NCBI GenBank assembly: GCA_964016885.1
Contig: OZ024748.1
Location: 48,794,001 to 48,858,000 of the forward strand
Length of the DNA stretch: 64,000 nt
Reading direction: 5' to 3'
DNA from: Eledone cirrhosa
Lineage: Eukaryota
How positions within the stretch are numbered: the stretch's first letter is position 1; each line of letters opens with the position of its first letter. Positions 26,613-41,399 of the stretch are shown here, piece by piece. The position numbers and the translations under genes were made by a program. A model generated the notes under the pieces. That model saw only the letters and a program-made list of their open reading frames with translations. It made no database searches and was not told where the DNA came from.

Positions 26613-27914
26613 TACTTACATTTTTTGTTTGCACCCTGTTTCTCATTTTGTCCTATTAATCTCATCGATTGATAAAATCCCAAACCTCCTTCACTTACCA
26701 TCACATTGGACTAGGGAGACACTGTCTCCAGTGCTAATACTCTCTACTGTTCACAATCCCTGGAAGAAATATCAATGTGAAATAAAGTGTCTTGCTCAAG
26801 GACATAACGTATCACCCCATCCAGGAATTGAACTCACATCCTCATGATTGTGAATCCAATTCTCTACTATGTACCTTTGTTGTGTCCTATTAATCTCATA
26901 TAAATAATTATATCTCTAAATTGCATTACTTCTATATATTTTTAGAATACTGCTATTAATTAAGGCAATTAGAAATACACCAACAAATGGGTTAAGGTGG
27001 TTCCATTATATTTATGTACGAAACTTAAAAGTTACGCTCCAAATACTAGCTTAACAATGAAAAAGTTAAGTTATTTAAATCTTTCCAAAATTCTTGATGG
27101 TTTTTCAAAAACCATAGTCAGTGTTTCATTAGAAATAAAATATGGTAAGAAATAGGGTTAACACTTTAGCATTTAACTGGTCGTATCCAGCCAGAATTAT
27201 CTCAGCTCTTTCTATTCAAATCAGCCGTAAGTGGCTGTTCATACTGATGTTAAGGTATTGTTCTCAAAATAAATATCCAAATCTCGTTGATAATTATGTG
27301 AGGTAAAGCCTTTACTGTGAAAATATAATAGTATATATAGAGTTATGCAAATGCTAAAGTAAATATGTCGTGTTGTTTTGTCTAAGAGTTAACACAAGAT
27401 TGTTAACTCTATAATGCCAGTGATGTAACTGCAGTAGAAAGAAATGCTGTTACTTTACTTTGCTGATGTAACCCCACCCTAATCCACCTTGTACCACCTC
27501 CCCACCCCACAACCACATTTAACAGAGTTTATTTGCTTGCTTTTTCTCTCTCTTTATTTTGTCTGTTTTTCTTCTATAGTAGTCGGGAAATAAACGAGGG
27601 AGTTAATTGTAGATGAATGACTCATACAGAACAAATAATTTTTTCTGTTAAACAATAGGTTTATGTTTGAAAATATAACACTCTTGATAAAATGTTAAGT
27701 ATGGATGAAGATATCAAGCTAGACGGGACCAGATAGTCATTCAACAGGGCACCTCCAACCTCTCTCTGCTTTATATTTATTTACAATTTGCAAATTATAG
27801 AAGATGGAAAATAGATGAAAACAAAGAGTTTGATGAGAATCTAAGTTAGAAAAACTAGGCAAATTAATATATAAATTACATAGAGTGAGTATGATGTGTA
27901 ACTTTCCTGACTTG

Positions 27915-28490
27915 AGGCGGTGGATTGGCAGTATCGGTAGAGGGTCGGACGCCATGCTTTCCAGCATAGTTACGCCCCTTTACGATCCGAGTTCAAATCC
28001 CGCCGAGGTTGACTTTGCCTTTCATCCTTACGGGGTTGATAAAATAAAGTACCAGTAATGCACTGGGTAATTGCTGGCCTTGTTCCTAAAGTAGAAACAA
28101 TTATTCTATGTACTATACATGCACTTTTGATGAGTTGTAGTGCACCTGAGCACTGTACACAACAATTTGCACATTATTCTATGTTTTGTACATGCACTTT
28201 TGATGAGTTGTAGTGTACCTGAGCACTACACAACAATTTGTACATTATTATTATTATATTGAGGGCGGTGGATTGGCAGTATCGGTAGAGGGTCGGACGC
28301 CATGCTTTGCAGCATAGAGTTACGGCTTTTTATGATCTGAGCTCAAATCCCGCTGAGGTTAACTTTGCCTTTCATCCTTATGGGGTCGATAAAATAAAGT
28401 ACCAGTCACGCACTGGGGTCGATTTAATCAACTTTCCCCTCTCCCCAAATTACTGGCCTTGTGCCTATATAAGAAACCATTTTTATTATT
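27915..28490 (+). mobile_element. SINE A, two short CR1 3' tails, SINE A
   Basis: SINE A at 27915-28105 and 28262-28490; tgatgagttgtagtgcacctgagcactgtacac twice, matching the CR1 tail at 31575-31650. Confidence 0.8.
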
Positions 28491-29659
28491 ATACATAATA
28501 CTTTGGTCTGCTGGTGTCTAGAAATTGAGAGGTTGAAGTGGGCCTTCATTTTATAGTGAAATTGGTGAGTAGTGAAATAGTTAAATGATATTGGAGTACA
28601 CTAGGCATAATGCCAGATCTATATGTAATGACTGTAGTTTGTGTGGCAGTGAATCATAGATAGGTAGATAGGTAGTTTGATAAATAGTTAAATAGATAGA
28701 TAGTAGCTGGGTGGATAGATATAGTTTGACAAATAGATAGGATAGATGGATAGTTAGATGGGTGAATGAATATAGACACATGGTTTGATAAATGGATAGA
28801 TAGATAGATAGATAGATAGATAGTAGATAGATATAGATGCTTATATATATAGATAGATAGACAGATAAATGGTTAAATAGATAGATGGTTGGATGGATAG
28901 TTAGAAAGAAAGATGTATAAAATGTCTGTTACTTAAGGGACCTAATTATTACTGCTGGAGGATCTGATGATCATAAAGTAATAAACATTAGATAAAAGAA
29001 ATTTTTAACAGCCTACTTATATTAATAATAAATAATCTCCCCCTCTCTCATACACTCTCTCTTGCCCCCTCTCTCTCTCTATGTATATCTATGTATCTGT
29101 TTTCTCCTCTGTGTCTCATCTTTTCTTGTTTTCACACCTTCTGCCATCTCCCCTCCCCCATAGTAATAACAAGCCAGGAGTGGTGCTTCTGTTTGACATG
29201 GAATAGTGGAGAGTATTAAGAGGGAGAATATTATTTTACTAGAAAACATGACAGAGCTGGGGGGGGGGGGGGGGTTAGATAAGATGGGACGGAGGGGGGG
29301 GGGTGTAAAACCCGTATTGGTTGTGGAATATGATACTGAGAGGGGGTGAGGGGACAGAGAGGAGGTGAGAGAAATAGACAGAAATACAGGTGAGGAGAAA
29401 GGGCGAGATAGATAGACAGATTGGTGCGAAGGTGGATCAAGGGTGAGGAAGACTATTTGTAAAATTTTAATGTAGTGTTTAGGCCAGGTATGTTTGATGG
29501 CGTTACTAAAATAATAGGGGACAGTTTTAATAAGGGAGTTATATGTTTTAGGTACATGGCATTACAGCAGTAATAAATAAAGCTGTCGTGTATCTTGAAT
29601 ATATTGAAATCTTCCTTCTCTCTCTCTCTCTCTCTAGGTAGGTGATGATGTGCTGAATG

Positions 29660-30035
29660 ATGGTACACACACACCCTAGTGGTTATACACACATATATCC
29701 AATGGTTATACACACACACCCTAGTGGTTATACACATCCTAGTGATTATACACACACATACACATCCTAGTGGTTATACACACACATACACATCCTAGTG
29801 GTTATACACACACATATAATAGTGATTACACACATACACATCCTAGTGATTATACACACATATAATAGTGATTACACACATCCTAGTGGTTATACACACG
29901 CATACACATCCTAGTGGTTATACACACGCATATATATCCTAGTGGTTATACACACGCATATATATCCTAGTGGTTATACACACACACATATATATCCTAG
30001 TGGTTATACACGCATACACACTGATGGTTATACAT
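29660..30035. repeat. Variable ~28-bp minisatellite
   Basis: catcctagtggttatacacac(ac)n. Confidence 0.85.
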
Positions 30036-31399
30036 ACACTTTATAAATAACTATATTTACTTAGGATATCTAATATTTTTTTTACTTGTTTCAGTAATTA
30101 GAGCTCGGCCATACTGGGGCCTCCGCATTGAAGGAATTTTTGTTGATCATATCGACACCACTCCTTATTTTATCGATCTCTTTTGGTTGAACCGTCTACG
30201 CTAACGGGAGATAAACATTCAGTAAACAAAACACACACACACATATATATATTTATAAGTCAAGCTTTCACTAATGGTCGTCCGCCAAATCTTACTCACA
30301 AGGTATTGGTCAATTCAAAGACTAGAGTAGATGACATTTATCTAAAGTACCACACAGTTGGAATAGATATGAAATTGTGTGGATGCGAAACTAACGCTTT
30401 AACTACGCAGCTATGTATGCGGTAATGATAATTTTCTATTAAAACGATTAGTGATTTCACATTATTTATTAATTATTTTTTTTTAAAATCTAATTAGACA
30501 CAAGTAAAAAGAAGACGAGAAAGAAAATAATATTTGGATAATATTCCGTAAATACGTATATCACGTCACTTCACTTCAGTACCTCGTAATAAACAGAAGT
30601 GTTCATTGATTCTACTGCGTTGTGTTAAACGTAGCTAAGCAAGTTATCTCCCTTGCTTTCGCGCATTGAAACCTAATTGAAGTATGTTCTATCCCACCAA
30701 AATGAGATTTTGGCCTAAGTTTAATATATTATACACACACGCACACACACAGTGTAAAAATGTATACACACTTCAACAGCATTCTAATAAATATTGCCTG
30801 TACATGTAACCAAAGTATGTATACATTTTTGGGATACCGTGTGTGTATATTTATCTCCCATACAATCTACTCCCCCCCCCCCACCCTTTTCTGGTGGTGT
30901 AACTGAATTGTAATGTAAGTGGCTGAGCATTCCACAGGGAACTTGTATCCTTAATGTAATCCTCATGCAGAATCAAAGTGACTCTAACAAAACCGACTCA
31001 ACGCTTTTCCTACCAAACTGCCCGAAACTATTCTTGGTTCTCCAACAAAGCTGTCTTGTTTTAAAGTGTTTATATTTATCTAAAGCCCTCCCACCATAAT
31101 TTGTGTGAGAACCTTTGTTAAGTTATGTTCCAAACACCAGCTTAATAGGATTACTATATTATTCATTTTTGGTTATTTTCAAAATTTCATTAGAAATATG
31201 GTAATTAAAAGGGTAAAATGTTTATATTTATCTAAAAACTTTCTACCATGATTTTATGTAAGAAACTTTGTTAAGTTATGTTCAAAACACCAACTTAAAA
31301 ATGGTAAAATTGGTTATATTACTAAATCCCTTCAAATTTGTGCCTATTTTCAAAATTAGTTGTAAATGAAAGGCAGTGTCTTTCAATAGAAATATGGTA

Positions 31400-31575
31400 A
31401 TAATTGTTTCTACTTTAGGCACAAGGCCAGCAATTACCCAGTGCATTACTGGTACTTTATTTTATCGACCCCCGTAAGGATGAAAGGCAAAGTCAACCTC
31501 GGCGGGATTTGAGCTCAGATCGTAAAGGGACGTAACTATGCTGGAAAGCGTCCGACCCTCTACCGATACTGCCAA
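31400..31575 (-). mobile_element. SINE A
   Basis: Consensus blocks of family A. Confidence 0.85.
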
Positions 31576-31876
31576 TAATAATAATGAAATATTGTGTACA
31601 GTGCTCAGGTGCACTACAACTCATCAAAAAGTGTATGTTTAGTACATAGGGTAATGTACAAACATCAGGAAAATGAATAGTGCATGAGTCATGATACACA
31701 CGTGTGCATGTGTATGGAAGGGGTACATCAGGTGTAGTTTTGGCGTATTTCGGGAAGCATGAGTGTCTTAAAGGATGCAGTGTCTCGACAGCTAACAACT
31801 GACACAGGCAGTTTGTTCCATGCTTCAGCAACTCTGAGCGTAAAAAAAATGTTTACGAAAGTCATGGGAGCTGTTC
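31575..31876 (-). mobile_element. CR1-type LINE 3' end
   Basis: Minus-strand translation FTLRVAEAWNKLPVSVVSCRDTASFK (CR1 C-terminal WN.LP motif) followed by UTR and (att)n tail. Confidence 0.8.
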
Positions 31877-32109
31877 TAGTATTTAGGATTTAAAATAGGA
31901 TACAAAAACACACATTAGTGTTATATATTAAGGTAGAATTGGCAGGGTGGTAGGGTCTCCTTAGAACCTGGTGGGCCTCACTTTTATTTTATTATTAGTT
32001 TTTATTCTTTAGCACTAAATCATCAAAATTATAATCACACACAGAGAGAGAGAGAGAGAGAGACCCCTTTTAAAAAAAAATGTTATTAATTTTTATGCTA
32101 ACGATAAAG

Positions 32110-32188
<79 letters not shown>

Positions 32189-32383
32189 TATAAAATATTC
32201 TTTATCATTAACATTAATATAAAAATTAATTATATTTTTTTTCAGAAAAGGGTCTTAAATTTCATATAGCTTAGGGCCTGAGCATGTGAAAGTCCAACCC
32301 TGGCTGTTGGGAAGGTCAGCTTGACATTTCAAATTTTTAATAAATGTACTATTACTGCATCATTATTGTAGAGTGCATTGCAA

Positions 32384-32417
<34 letters not shown>

Positions 32418-34559
32418 ACGCACACGCACACGCACACGCACACGCACACGCACACACGCATGCGCGCGCGCGCATACACACATAAGTCTTACTACTATTA
32501 CTACCAAGTTGATTATCACATTAACCACATTCTATAATTAGCCAACTCCATTATTTTATATATATTTTTTTTATTCTATTTTATTTTATTTTTATTAAAT
32601 TTTTTTTTTTGTTTGTTTGTTTGTAAGTTTTTCTCTATATATTTCGCTCTCTCCTTTTTTTCTAGTTGTCCACCTCTGACAACTGGCATTATTTCAGGTC
32701 AATATTACGTACCTTTCTCAGTTGGCAGTCTGTCAAATCCCTCTTTATTTCCTCCAACCTTTTCACAGTCAGCTTTTTGTTACACTTAATTATCATTAGC
32801 TGCAGAGTTTTAATTGATTTTTTTTGTTAACTTGCTGTTTCTTTGTGAAGAGTCGTCTTGTTTTACACAACAAAAAGCTGATTGCTGTTCTTATTTCTTT
32901 GGCTCAAATTCAAATTAATTTAAGTTGTTTAAATTATATTTTCTTGATAATATAGATATTCTTCAACATAGTGAGTTGGCAAAATGTTAAGTAAGTACAT
33001 CAAGCTAGACTTTTTTTTAAACTCTATATTCTGAGTTCAGAGGTGGCGAATTGACAAAGGCGTTAGAATGTTGGTAAAAATGCTTTGTAGCATTCGATCT
33101 GAGTTCAAAACCTGTCTAGGTCAACTTTGCCTTTCATCTGTTCGAAGTCGATAAGAAAAAAAAAAGTACCAGCCATTTCTTTCTCTATATCTTCAGCTCC
33201 CCCACCTCTACCTCCCTCTCTTTCTCTGGAAGAAATCCACTGTGTTCAGATTTGGCGAGGGGGATGGGTTTTCCACCACGTTTAAAAGCCCAAGATGTAC
33301 CGTATGCTGGGGTGGCACCCCTATGACTCCATACATACTGAGTAGATTTTTCATCACATCAGATTCCTTAAAGTAAATACAACACCTGGGTATCAAATTC
33401 TTTCTTTATAAAAAATATAAATGCTCTTTTAATTCTTTTGATACCAAACCCAGCTGTAGTTCTATGCAACAAAGCTACCCATTTTAAGGGTTTTATTTAA
33501 ATTAAAATCATCCGACATAATTTTATATAAGAACCATATGTTCAGTTACTATCTGTGGTACAATGCTGTTTAACTCTTTCATTACTAACCGGACCAAATC
33601 CAGTTTTGGTTCTATGGAACAAAACCCCTAATTTTAACCCATCTTTAACCCTTTTGATACTAAGTCGAAACCAGCTCTGGTTCTATGTAACAAAATTTAC
33701 CCATCTTAAAGGGTTCCTATTTCAATTAAAATCTTCCAACATGATTTTTTATAAGAACCATATGTTAACCTACTATCTTAGTGATGGAATAATTCATAAT
33801 TTTAATAAGGTATTTCTAGTGTTAAGAAAGAATATATAGAATTATATATCAAAAATAGAAAAACATGACACTCTGGGGTTGGGTGGAGAAAGAGAATTAA
33901 ACCATATCCCCTCCTCTCTCTGTATTATAATTGTTCTTGTAGTTGTGTCATTGTCGTTGTTTTTGTTGTCATTGTTGTTCCATAACCATTTTTGCAATTC
34001 AATACTTCCTATCTAATCCTGATCAAGTTTATATGGCAACAATATTAAGTGTACTACTATTACTGCTACTGCTGCCACTACCACCACCACCATTACCATT
34101 ACTACTACCACCACCACTGCTTCCAGTGTCTGTGATCCCCCTTGACTTTGAAAGGCTTCATAACAGAGTGTTTTGTTTGATCACCTTAGAAGTAGCTGTC
34201 AAAATATGGCTTATTGTCATCATCAAGCACCCAATAATATAGGGGAGGGGAGTAGCAGAAGGATGCCTTGATGAAGCAGGGGGAATTAGGATCAGAATTA
34301 AAGAGAAAAGTTTAGACATTGGTGCCTATGTGATGTGATGTCGAGTGGAGTGGTGTAGTGTGGTGTACAGCAGTTAACATTAATTTGTTATAAAGGGATT
34401 TCATAAAGCAACTATGTAGGCCTGGAGGTTGAAGGTTGAAGTTTATTAGTCAATTAATTGATGCCAAACTCTGCCTGAAACCGCCTCTGCTTTTATCATA
34501 CAAAACTGTTTATTTTAATGTGTTAATATTGATCTATAATCAAGAATTTTGAGGGATTA

Positions 34560-35170
34560 AAGGGCAGTGGATTGGCAGAGTCGTTAGAGCACCGGACAGC
34601 ATGCTTCGTGGCATGTAGTTATGGCTCTTTATGTTCTGATTTAAAATCCCAAGGTTAGCTTTGCCTTTCATCCCTACAGGGTCAATAAAATAAAGTACCA
34701 GGAATGCTCTGGAGTCGATTTAATCGACTTTCTCCTCCTCCAAAGCTGTTGGTCTTGTGCCTAAATCAGAAACCATTATTATTTTGGCAGTATCGGTAGA
34801 GGGTCGGACATGCTTTCCAGCACAGTTACGTCCCTTTACGATCTGAGTTCAAATCCCGCTGAGGTTAACTTTGCCTTTCATCCTTACGGGGTCGATAAAA
34901 CAAAGTACCAGTAATATACTGGGTAATTGCTGGCCTTGTGCCTAAAATAGAAACAATTATTATTATTATTGATGTGGGCAGTGGATTGACAGTATCGGTA
35001 GAGTGTCAGACATGTTTTGCAGCATGTAGTTAAGCCCACATTCTCAGTTCAAATCCCGCCATTAGCTTCATCCTTAAGGGGCTGATACAATAAAGTATGA
35101 TTAATGCACTGGGATCGATTTAACTGATTTCCCTTTGGATTGTTGGCCTTGTGCCAAAAGTAGAAATAAA
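34560..35170 (+). mobile_element. Three tandem SINE A copies of different ages
   Basis: Heads at ~34562, ~34785, ~34976. Confidence 0.85.
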
Positions 35171-35311
35171 TATTGATCTAAAATATCTCCCATCATGATT
35201 TTATGTAAGAAAGCTTTGTTAATTTATTTTTCCAAACACTGGCTTGATAAGATTTATGACTTGAAATTCTTGATTATTTTCAAAATTATTTGGAAACCAT
35301 TTACAGTGTTT

Positions 35312-35312
<1 letters not shown>

Positions 35313-35349
<37 letters not shown>

Positions 35350-35572
35350 ATATCAACTTTACTTGGATTAGACAGGTCGTTTTCAACACAGTATCCCTCC
35401 ACTTGTCATGTTCCTTTGTTATCTCCTTTATGAGCTGCAGAGATTTGAGGTCAGCTCTCACCACCTCCACCCAGGTCTTTCTCAGTCTTGTTGTACTACG
35501 GCTTCCTTCCACTGTGATTTCTTGGCACCTCTTCACCCAGTGCTTGTCATCCATGTGCATCACATGTCCATA
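35313..35572 (-). mobile_element. RTE 3' fragment
   Basis: MHMDDKHWVKRCQEITVEGSRSTTRLRKTWVEVVRADL, (GAT)n tail. Confidence 0.8.
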
Positions 35573-35719
35573 TTAAGGAAAAAGTTGAAGTGGGTTCAGT
35601 TTATGATTGATAATTATTTCATCAACCCTGGTTGGTGTTGAAAGATTAAGTAGACCTCAGTGGAATTTGAAACTAGAACATAGCAAGGCGAGACCAAATA
35701 CTTACATAGCATCGATTTA

Positions 35720-36080
35720 GTCAGGTGCTATATAGCACCTGAGAAAAAGCACCCAGTCCATCCTGTAAGGTGGTCGTGCTGGTGACACAATAAAAAAAGC
35801 ACCAAGTCCACCCTGTAATGGTGGTCGTGCTGGTGACAGAACAAAAAGCACCCTGTCCACCCTGTAAGGTAGTTTTGCTGGTGACACAACAAAAAGCACT
35901 TAGTCCACCCTGTAAAGTGGTTGGCATTAGGAAGGGTATGCAGCCGTAGAAACCAATCCAAAATACAGATCTGTATGAGCAAGATGTGGTCCGAATTTGA
36001 TTTGTCTCCTAACAGTGACAACCCATCATGCAAGCAAGAAAAATAGATGTTAAATAATGATGATGATGATGATGATGATG
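35720..36080 (+). mobile_element. SINE/RTE 3' module with ~4 internal tandem copies of a ~50-bp unit
   Basis: aaaaagcacccagtccaccctgtaaggtggtcgtgctggtgac x4, then ggttggcattaggaagggtatgcagc and (GAT)n. Confidence 0.7.
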
Positions 36081-36694
36081 TTTGATATTACACTGACCTG
36101 ACATAACATGATGGGAGGGAGTGGCCTATCATTAAAACACCCCAAAAACCTAATGCAACCTTATAGGAGACCAGTTAAACCCGTGCAGGTATGAGCCACA
36201 AAACTTTCATCTCTTTCATTACCATATTTCTGATAAAATACACTGTATTGGAATTAATCTGAAAAATTTATAGAGATTTACTAAAACTATTTCAATTTTT
36301 AAGATGGTATTTGTAATATAACAAAAAGATTTTTATATAAAATTATGTTAGAGGATTTTAATCTGAATAAGCACATGCCTAAGGAATGAACCACAGGACA
36401 GATTTTATGGGCAAAGCTTTTATGGCAAGAGACCCAGAGTTAGACCACAAATAACCAAGATGGTTGGATAACTTCCATAAGCTTGGTCTCTCTTGGGGGA
36501 CCCAACCAAATCATTTAGATTGCTTCTGATAGGACCCTCTTGATGGTATATTTGAGGACTCTGCCCCTATGAACCCCTTAGGAACAAGTGGGCAAAGAAG
36601 GAAGGTGAGGAACATTTTTTTTTAAATGTTTGGTTTTGTTTCAGGGAACCAGAGGTAGTTTTGTGTGGGTTGATATCAAAAAGGTTAAATAATG

Positions 36695-37101
36695 GTTACT
36701 GATTTAGACACCAGGCTAACAACTTTGGGAGAGGGGAAAGTCCATTAAATCAACCCCAATGCATTTCTGGTACTCTACTTTATCGGCTCTGTAAAGATGA
36801 AAGGCAAAACTAACCTCAGTGAGATTTGAAACCAGAATGGAAAGGGCCATGACTCTATGATAGTGTCCGACACTCTACTGATACTGTCATTATATAAGCA
36901 AAAACGGTTAAATAATTGTTTCTACTTTTGGCACAAGGCCAGCAATTACCCAATACATTACTGGTACTTTATTTTATCGACCCCGTAAGGATGAAAGGCA
37001 AAGTTAACCTCGGCGGGATTTGAACTCAGACTGCAAAGGGACGTAACTATGCTGGAAAGCATGGCGTCCGACTCTCTACTGATACTGCCAATCCACCGCC
37101 C
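36695..37101 (-). mobile_element. Two SINE A copies
   Basis: Consensus blocks of family A. Confidence 0.85.
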
Positions 37102-38196
37102 TTCGGTTAAATAATGATTGTTTCTTTGTTTCCATCTTCTGGTTGAAAGATAAGGCTTAAAAATGAACTAAGAACCTTTATTTCTAAACTGAACATAAAT
37201 AACATTATTTAGCACCCGACAACATATAAACATATATTCTACAAGTGTTTACTAGAACAGTTGTCTATCAAATCATTTAGTTCTATTTTGTTTCTCACCT
37301 CCTTAACTATCTCTTTAAAGTCTATTTTCTCATCTTCTCTTATTCTCTAAAACATTGTATATTTCTTTCCCTTCACAATACACCAACATACCTTGATATA
37401 CCTGGCATTTTTACTGAATTGATTACTTCAGCTAACCACCACTGGTCTCCACAAACTCTAGTGATTGATTGATTATAGATTAAGCTATTTGAGAGGCAGT
37501 TTTCTTCTCCCACTTTAGTAGCAGTTCTTTAATTCTTTGTTTGTTTTGCTTCTTTTTCCCTCCACCTGTCTTAACTGGCAGTGTGGTGGTTCCTGGCCTA
37601 TTTTCTTGGATAATGGAACTCATGCTTCCAGGAATTCATGAAACCAATGTTATTTAGATTAGTGATTATAGGGTTGATAGCTCTCTCGGGTGATAACTCA
37701 TCACACTGACTGCTAAATGGCTGATAGTTTCATCTCCTTTTACTGATAATATGCTGTGTCCGTAGAGAAGACACTCAAATCTGACTGGCTTAAAAGAATG
37801 ACGGTGTAGAATGGAGGTAGAGGAAATACTCAGGGAGTCCTGTTGTAGGAAAAACAAATAGTAAAGTGAACACTAGCACACTTAATGTAGTAAATAGATA
37901 CTGTCATAGTGTAGCTTGACTCTCGCTGCAGTCAATGTAAGAAATATAATAAGACATAAGCTGTTGAGATTGTTGTAATATATTTAGTCAATGTAAAATT
38001 GATGATGATGATGGTGATGATGATATTTCTAATCTAATAAGTTGAGTGAACATGTTGAACTTTCTGTTAACCCATTATTTTGTGGAGTCTGTGGATTATT
38101 TAATTAATTTAAACGTCCATATAGAATTAGTAAGAAATGACAGGCTCGGGGAAGTATCTAGTACTTCTTACAGTTGAGAAAATAAAACAAAACGAA

Positions 38197-38672
38197 GATA
38201 TACAGTGATAAGTGAATATAATGTTAAATCATAGAATAGAGGTAGATCTGAGCAGCAGAGGGAGATTAAGGAAGATCTGGACAGAGGTTGTGAGAGCTGA
38301 TCTGGTGTCACTGAGACATATACAGTGATAAGAGAATATAATGTTAAATCATAGAATAGAGGTAGATCTGAGCAGCAGAGGGAAATTAAGGAAGATCTGG
38401 ACAGAGGTTGTGAGAGCTGATCTGGTGTCACTGAGAGATATACAGTGATAAGTGAATATAATGTTAAATCATAGAATAGGGGTAGATCTGAGCAGCAGAG
38501 GGAAATTAAGGAAGATCTGGACAGAGGTTGTGAGAGCTGATCTGGTGTCACTGAGATATATAGTTAAGATGATGAAAGATTGCAATGGGTGAAGGGATGC
38601 TGAGCTGGAACAACCATTCAGCCCGTCCATGTAAGTATTAAAAAAAAAAGACATAAAAACCTTGATGATGAT
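38197..38672 (+). repeat. 120-bp triplication containing the 5' junction of a truncated RTE
   Basis: Three near-identical 120-bp units with aggaagatctggacagaggttgtgagagctgatctg (RKIWTEVVRADL); the last runs on into a decayed RTE tail. Confidence 0.8.
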
Positions 38673-39547
38673 AACTACAACTATGAGGCCTTAGGCTGAC
38701 CTGAGACTATAGTAAACCTTGTTAAAGAATCCACTCAGTTGAGATTGAACCCAACAGCTAATGGTTGTGTAGAGAACTTCTTAACCATTCAGCCATGGGA
38801 CACTGACTCCCTCCCACCCACCTTCTTTAGGTAATAGATTGGGGTTAATGCAAATAAATTCTTCAGCTGCCTACTTACCTTACCTGTCCCCGAAGGCTCA
38901 ATTTCTATACATTACAGGTGTTTGGTATTCTTGTCGAGCTGTCTAGTAAATCTACACTTGGACTGTATTGATTTTCTTCCCACTCCCCCCTATCTCTTTC
39001 TATCTCTTCTCTCTACCTCCCCTTTTTTGTCTCCCTGCCTTTCCCTCTCTATGTTCTTCAGTTATGGGTTTAAAGAATATATACATACATGTGAGTGAGT
39101 GAGTGTGTGTGTATGTATAACATATAAACACGCATACACACACACACACACATACATTCTCCCTCACTCGCTTTTTCTTCTACAACAAATGGTTATACAT
39201 GTGAACTGTATCCAAGAGATTTGATACGCGGCAGTAAATCATTATAAGTGCTCTATATCACCCCCTCCCCCACGCACACACACACCCATCTCCCCCTTCC
39301 CCTCTCCTTTTTTCCTCTTCTTCTAAAGGACATAATCAGTGCCTAAACAATATCTATGTTTCCATAGTGACCAAAAGAAATTTTCAGCAAAATTTTGCTG
39401 CTGCCGAGGAAAAGAGTTTCTTAAGGAAGCGAAAATGTAAGACAGCGTGATATTTTATATGAAACCTGTTAATCTATGTCACCTCAGATATTTAGAATAG
39501 ATTTTGTTGTTGTTTGTTGTTGCTGAGGTTCAGTTGTGTTAGAGAAA

Positions 39548-39985
39548 GAGTGGTGTGGTGGTTGATGGTGTGTGGTGGCTGGTAGCTGGTGGCGTGGTGT
39601 AGTGGCTGGTGGTGTGTGTGTGATGGCTGGTGGGGTGTGGTGGGTGGTGTGGTGGCTGGTGGCGTGGTGTAGTGGCTGGTGGCGTGGTGTGGTGGCTGGT
39701 GGTGTGGTGACCGGTCATGTGGTGGCTGGTGGCGTGGTGGTGTGGTGGCTGATGGCGTGGTGTGGTTGTGTGGCGTGGTGTGGTGGCTGGTAGCATGGTG
39801 TGGTGGCATGGCGTGGTGTGGTGGTCTCGTGGTGTGGTGGCTGGTGGCATGGTGTGGTGGCTGGTGGTGTGGTGGCGTGGTGTGGTGGCTGGTGGCGTGG
39901 TGTGGTGACCAGTGGTGTGGTGGCGTGGTGTGGTGACCAGTGGTGTGGTGGCGTGGTGTGGTGACCGGTGGTGTGGTGGCTGGTG
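39548..39985. repeat. G-rich compound minisatellite
   Basis: ggtggcgtggtgtggtggct variants. Confidence 0.85.
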
Positions 39986-40095
39986 ATAAGTGGAGGAAAG
40001 AAAGAATAAAATGAATTAAATGACCTCTATATATTACCAGCTTTTTAATTTATTGATCTTGGAAGATATATATAAACATATATATCTTATATATG

Positions 40096-40430
40096 GAGGC
40101 ACATGGCTTAGTGGTTAGAGCATTGGCCTTGCAATTGAGAGGTTGTGAGTTCAATTCTCAGACCGGGTGATGTGTTGTTTCCTTGAGCAAGACACTTTAT
40201 TTCACATTGCTCCAGTTTACTCAGCTGTAGAAATGAGATGATAGGGACTGGGGTCCATATCATTCCACTGCAAAGTGGTCGTGGAGGTGCCACGGCAAAA
40301 AAGCACCCAGCACTCACTGTAAATGAGGTTGGTATTAGGAAGGGCATCCAGCTGTAGAAATCAAGCCAGAATCAGTTCCCGTCCCACCCTTGCAAGCAGG
40401 GAAAAGCGGATGTAAAATGATGATGATGAT
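40096..40430 (+). mobile_element. SINE B
   Basis: Near-identical to 19621-19960. Confidence 0.9.
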
Positions 40431-41399
40431 ATATAGCAAATTTTTAAATATATGATGATGATGTTGATAATACACACGCACACACAGCAATATTTGAAAT
40501 CAACCAAACTGTGGACACCATTCATAACACGTCATACTTCCTTACACACTGGCTCTGCTGTCGTAACCATTTCTTTACCATATTTTTAACAAAATCATTG
40601 CCTATGGTTTTCAAATAGTTTTTTTGTAAATAATCCAGAATTTACTGAGATTTAGTAATATAACTAACTTTATTATTATTATACTGTGGACTGGCAATAT
40701 TGGTAGAGCATTAGACAACATGCTTTGTGGTTTGAGTTATTGCCTTTTACATTCTGAGGTCAAACTCCACCGAGGTTAGTTTTGCTTTTCATTCTTATGA
40801 GGTTGATAAAAAAATTTAAAGGGTGATAAAAAAAAAAAGTACCAGTAACATACTGGGATCAATGCAATTGATTTTCCTCCTCCTCTTCAAATTTCTGGTC
40901 TTTTGTCAAAAGGTAGATGGTGTTTGGAACATAATTTAACAAAAGTAAAATTATGTAGACCCCTCCCCAAGGAAGATGGTTGGATAACATCCATGAGTTC
41001 AGTTGGTCTCGCTTCAGGATTTAGCTGGATCAATTAGAGACAGTTACTTCTGACAGGACCTGCTGGAAGGAATACTTGAGGACTCTGCTATCATGAACCT
41101 CTTGGGTATAAGTGGGCTAAGAAGAAGGGTTTTAATTTAAATAGGAACCTTTTAAAATGGGTGGTTTTGTTTTATAAAATCAGAGCCTTTTTTTGTCCTA
41201 AGTGGTTTGGTATCAAAAGGGTTAAGAAAGACTTATTTAAATTACGTTTCAAACATCTTTTTGTTGCCTGAAGGATTGCATACAGTGAGAAAATCCAAGA
41301 GCATCAGAATAGAATATCAGCTTTGCACAAATTAGTAAAATTTCCTACATTGGGCTTGCATCTTATAGCGTCAATTGATACCTCATCCCGCCCTATGTT

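Noticed and set aside
37428-37600. Partial matches to miR-34 (cagctaaccac, tggcagtgtggt)
   Set aside because: Only 11-12 nt match and no precursor hairpin.
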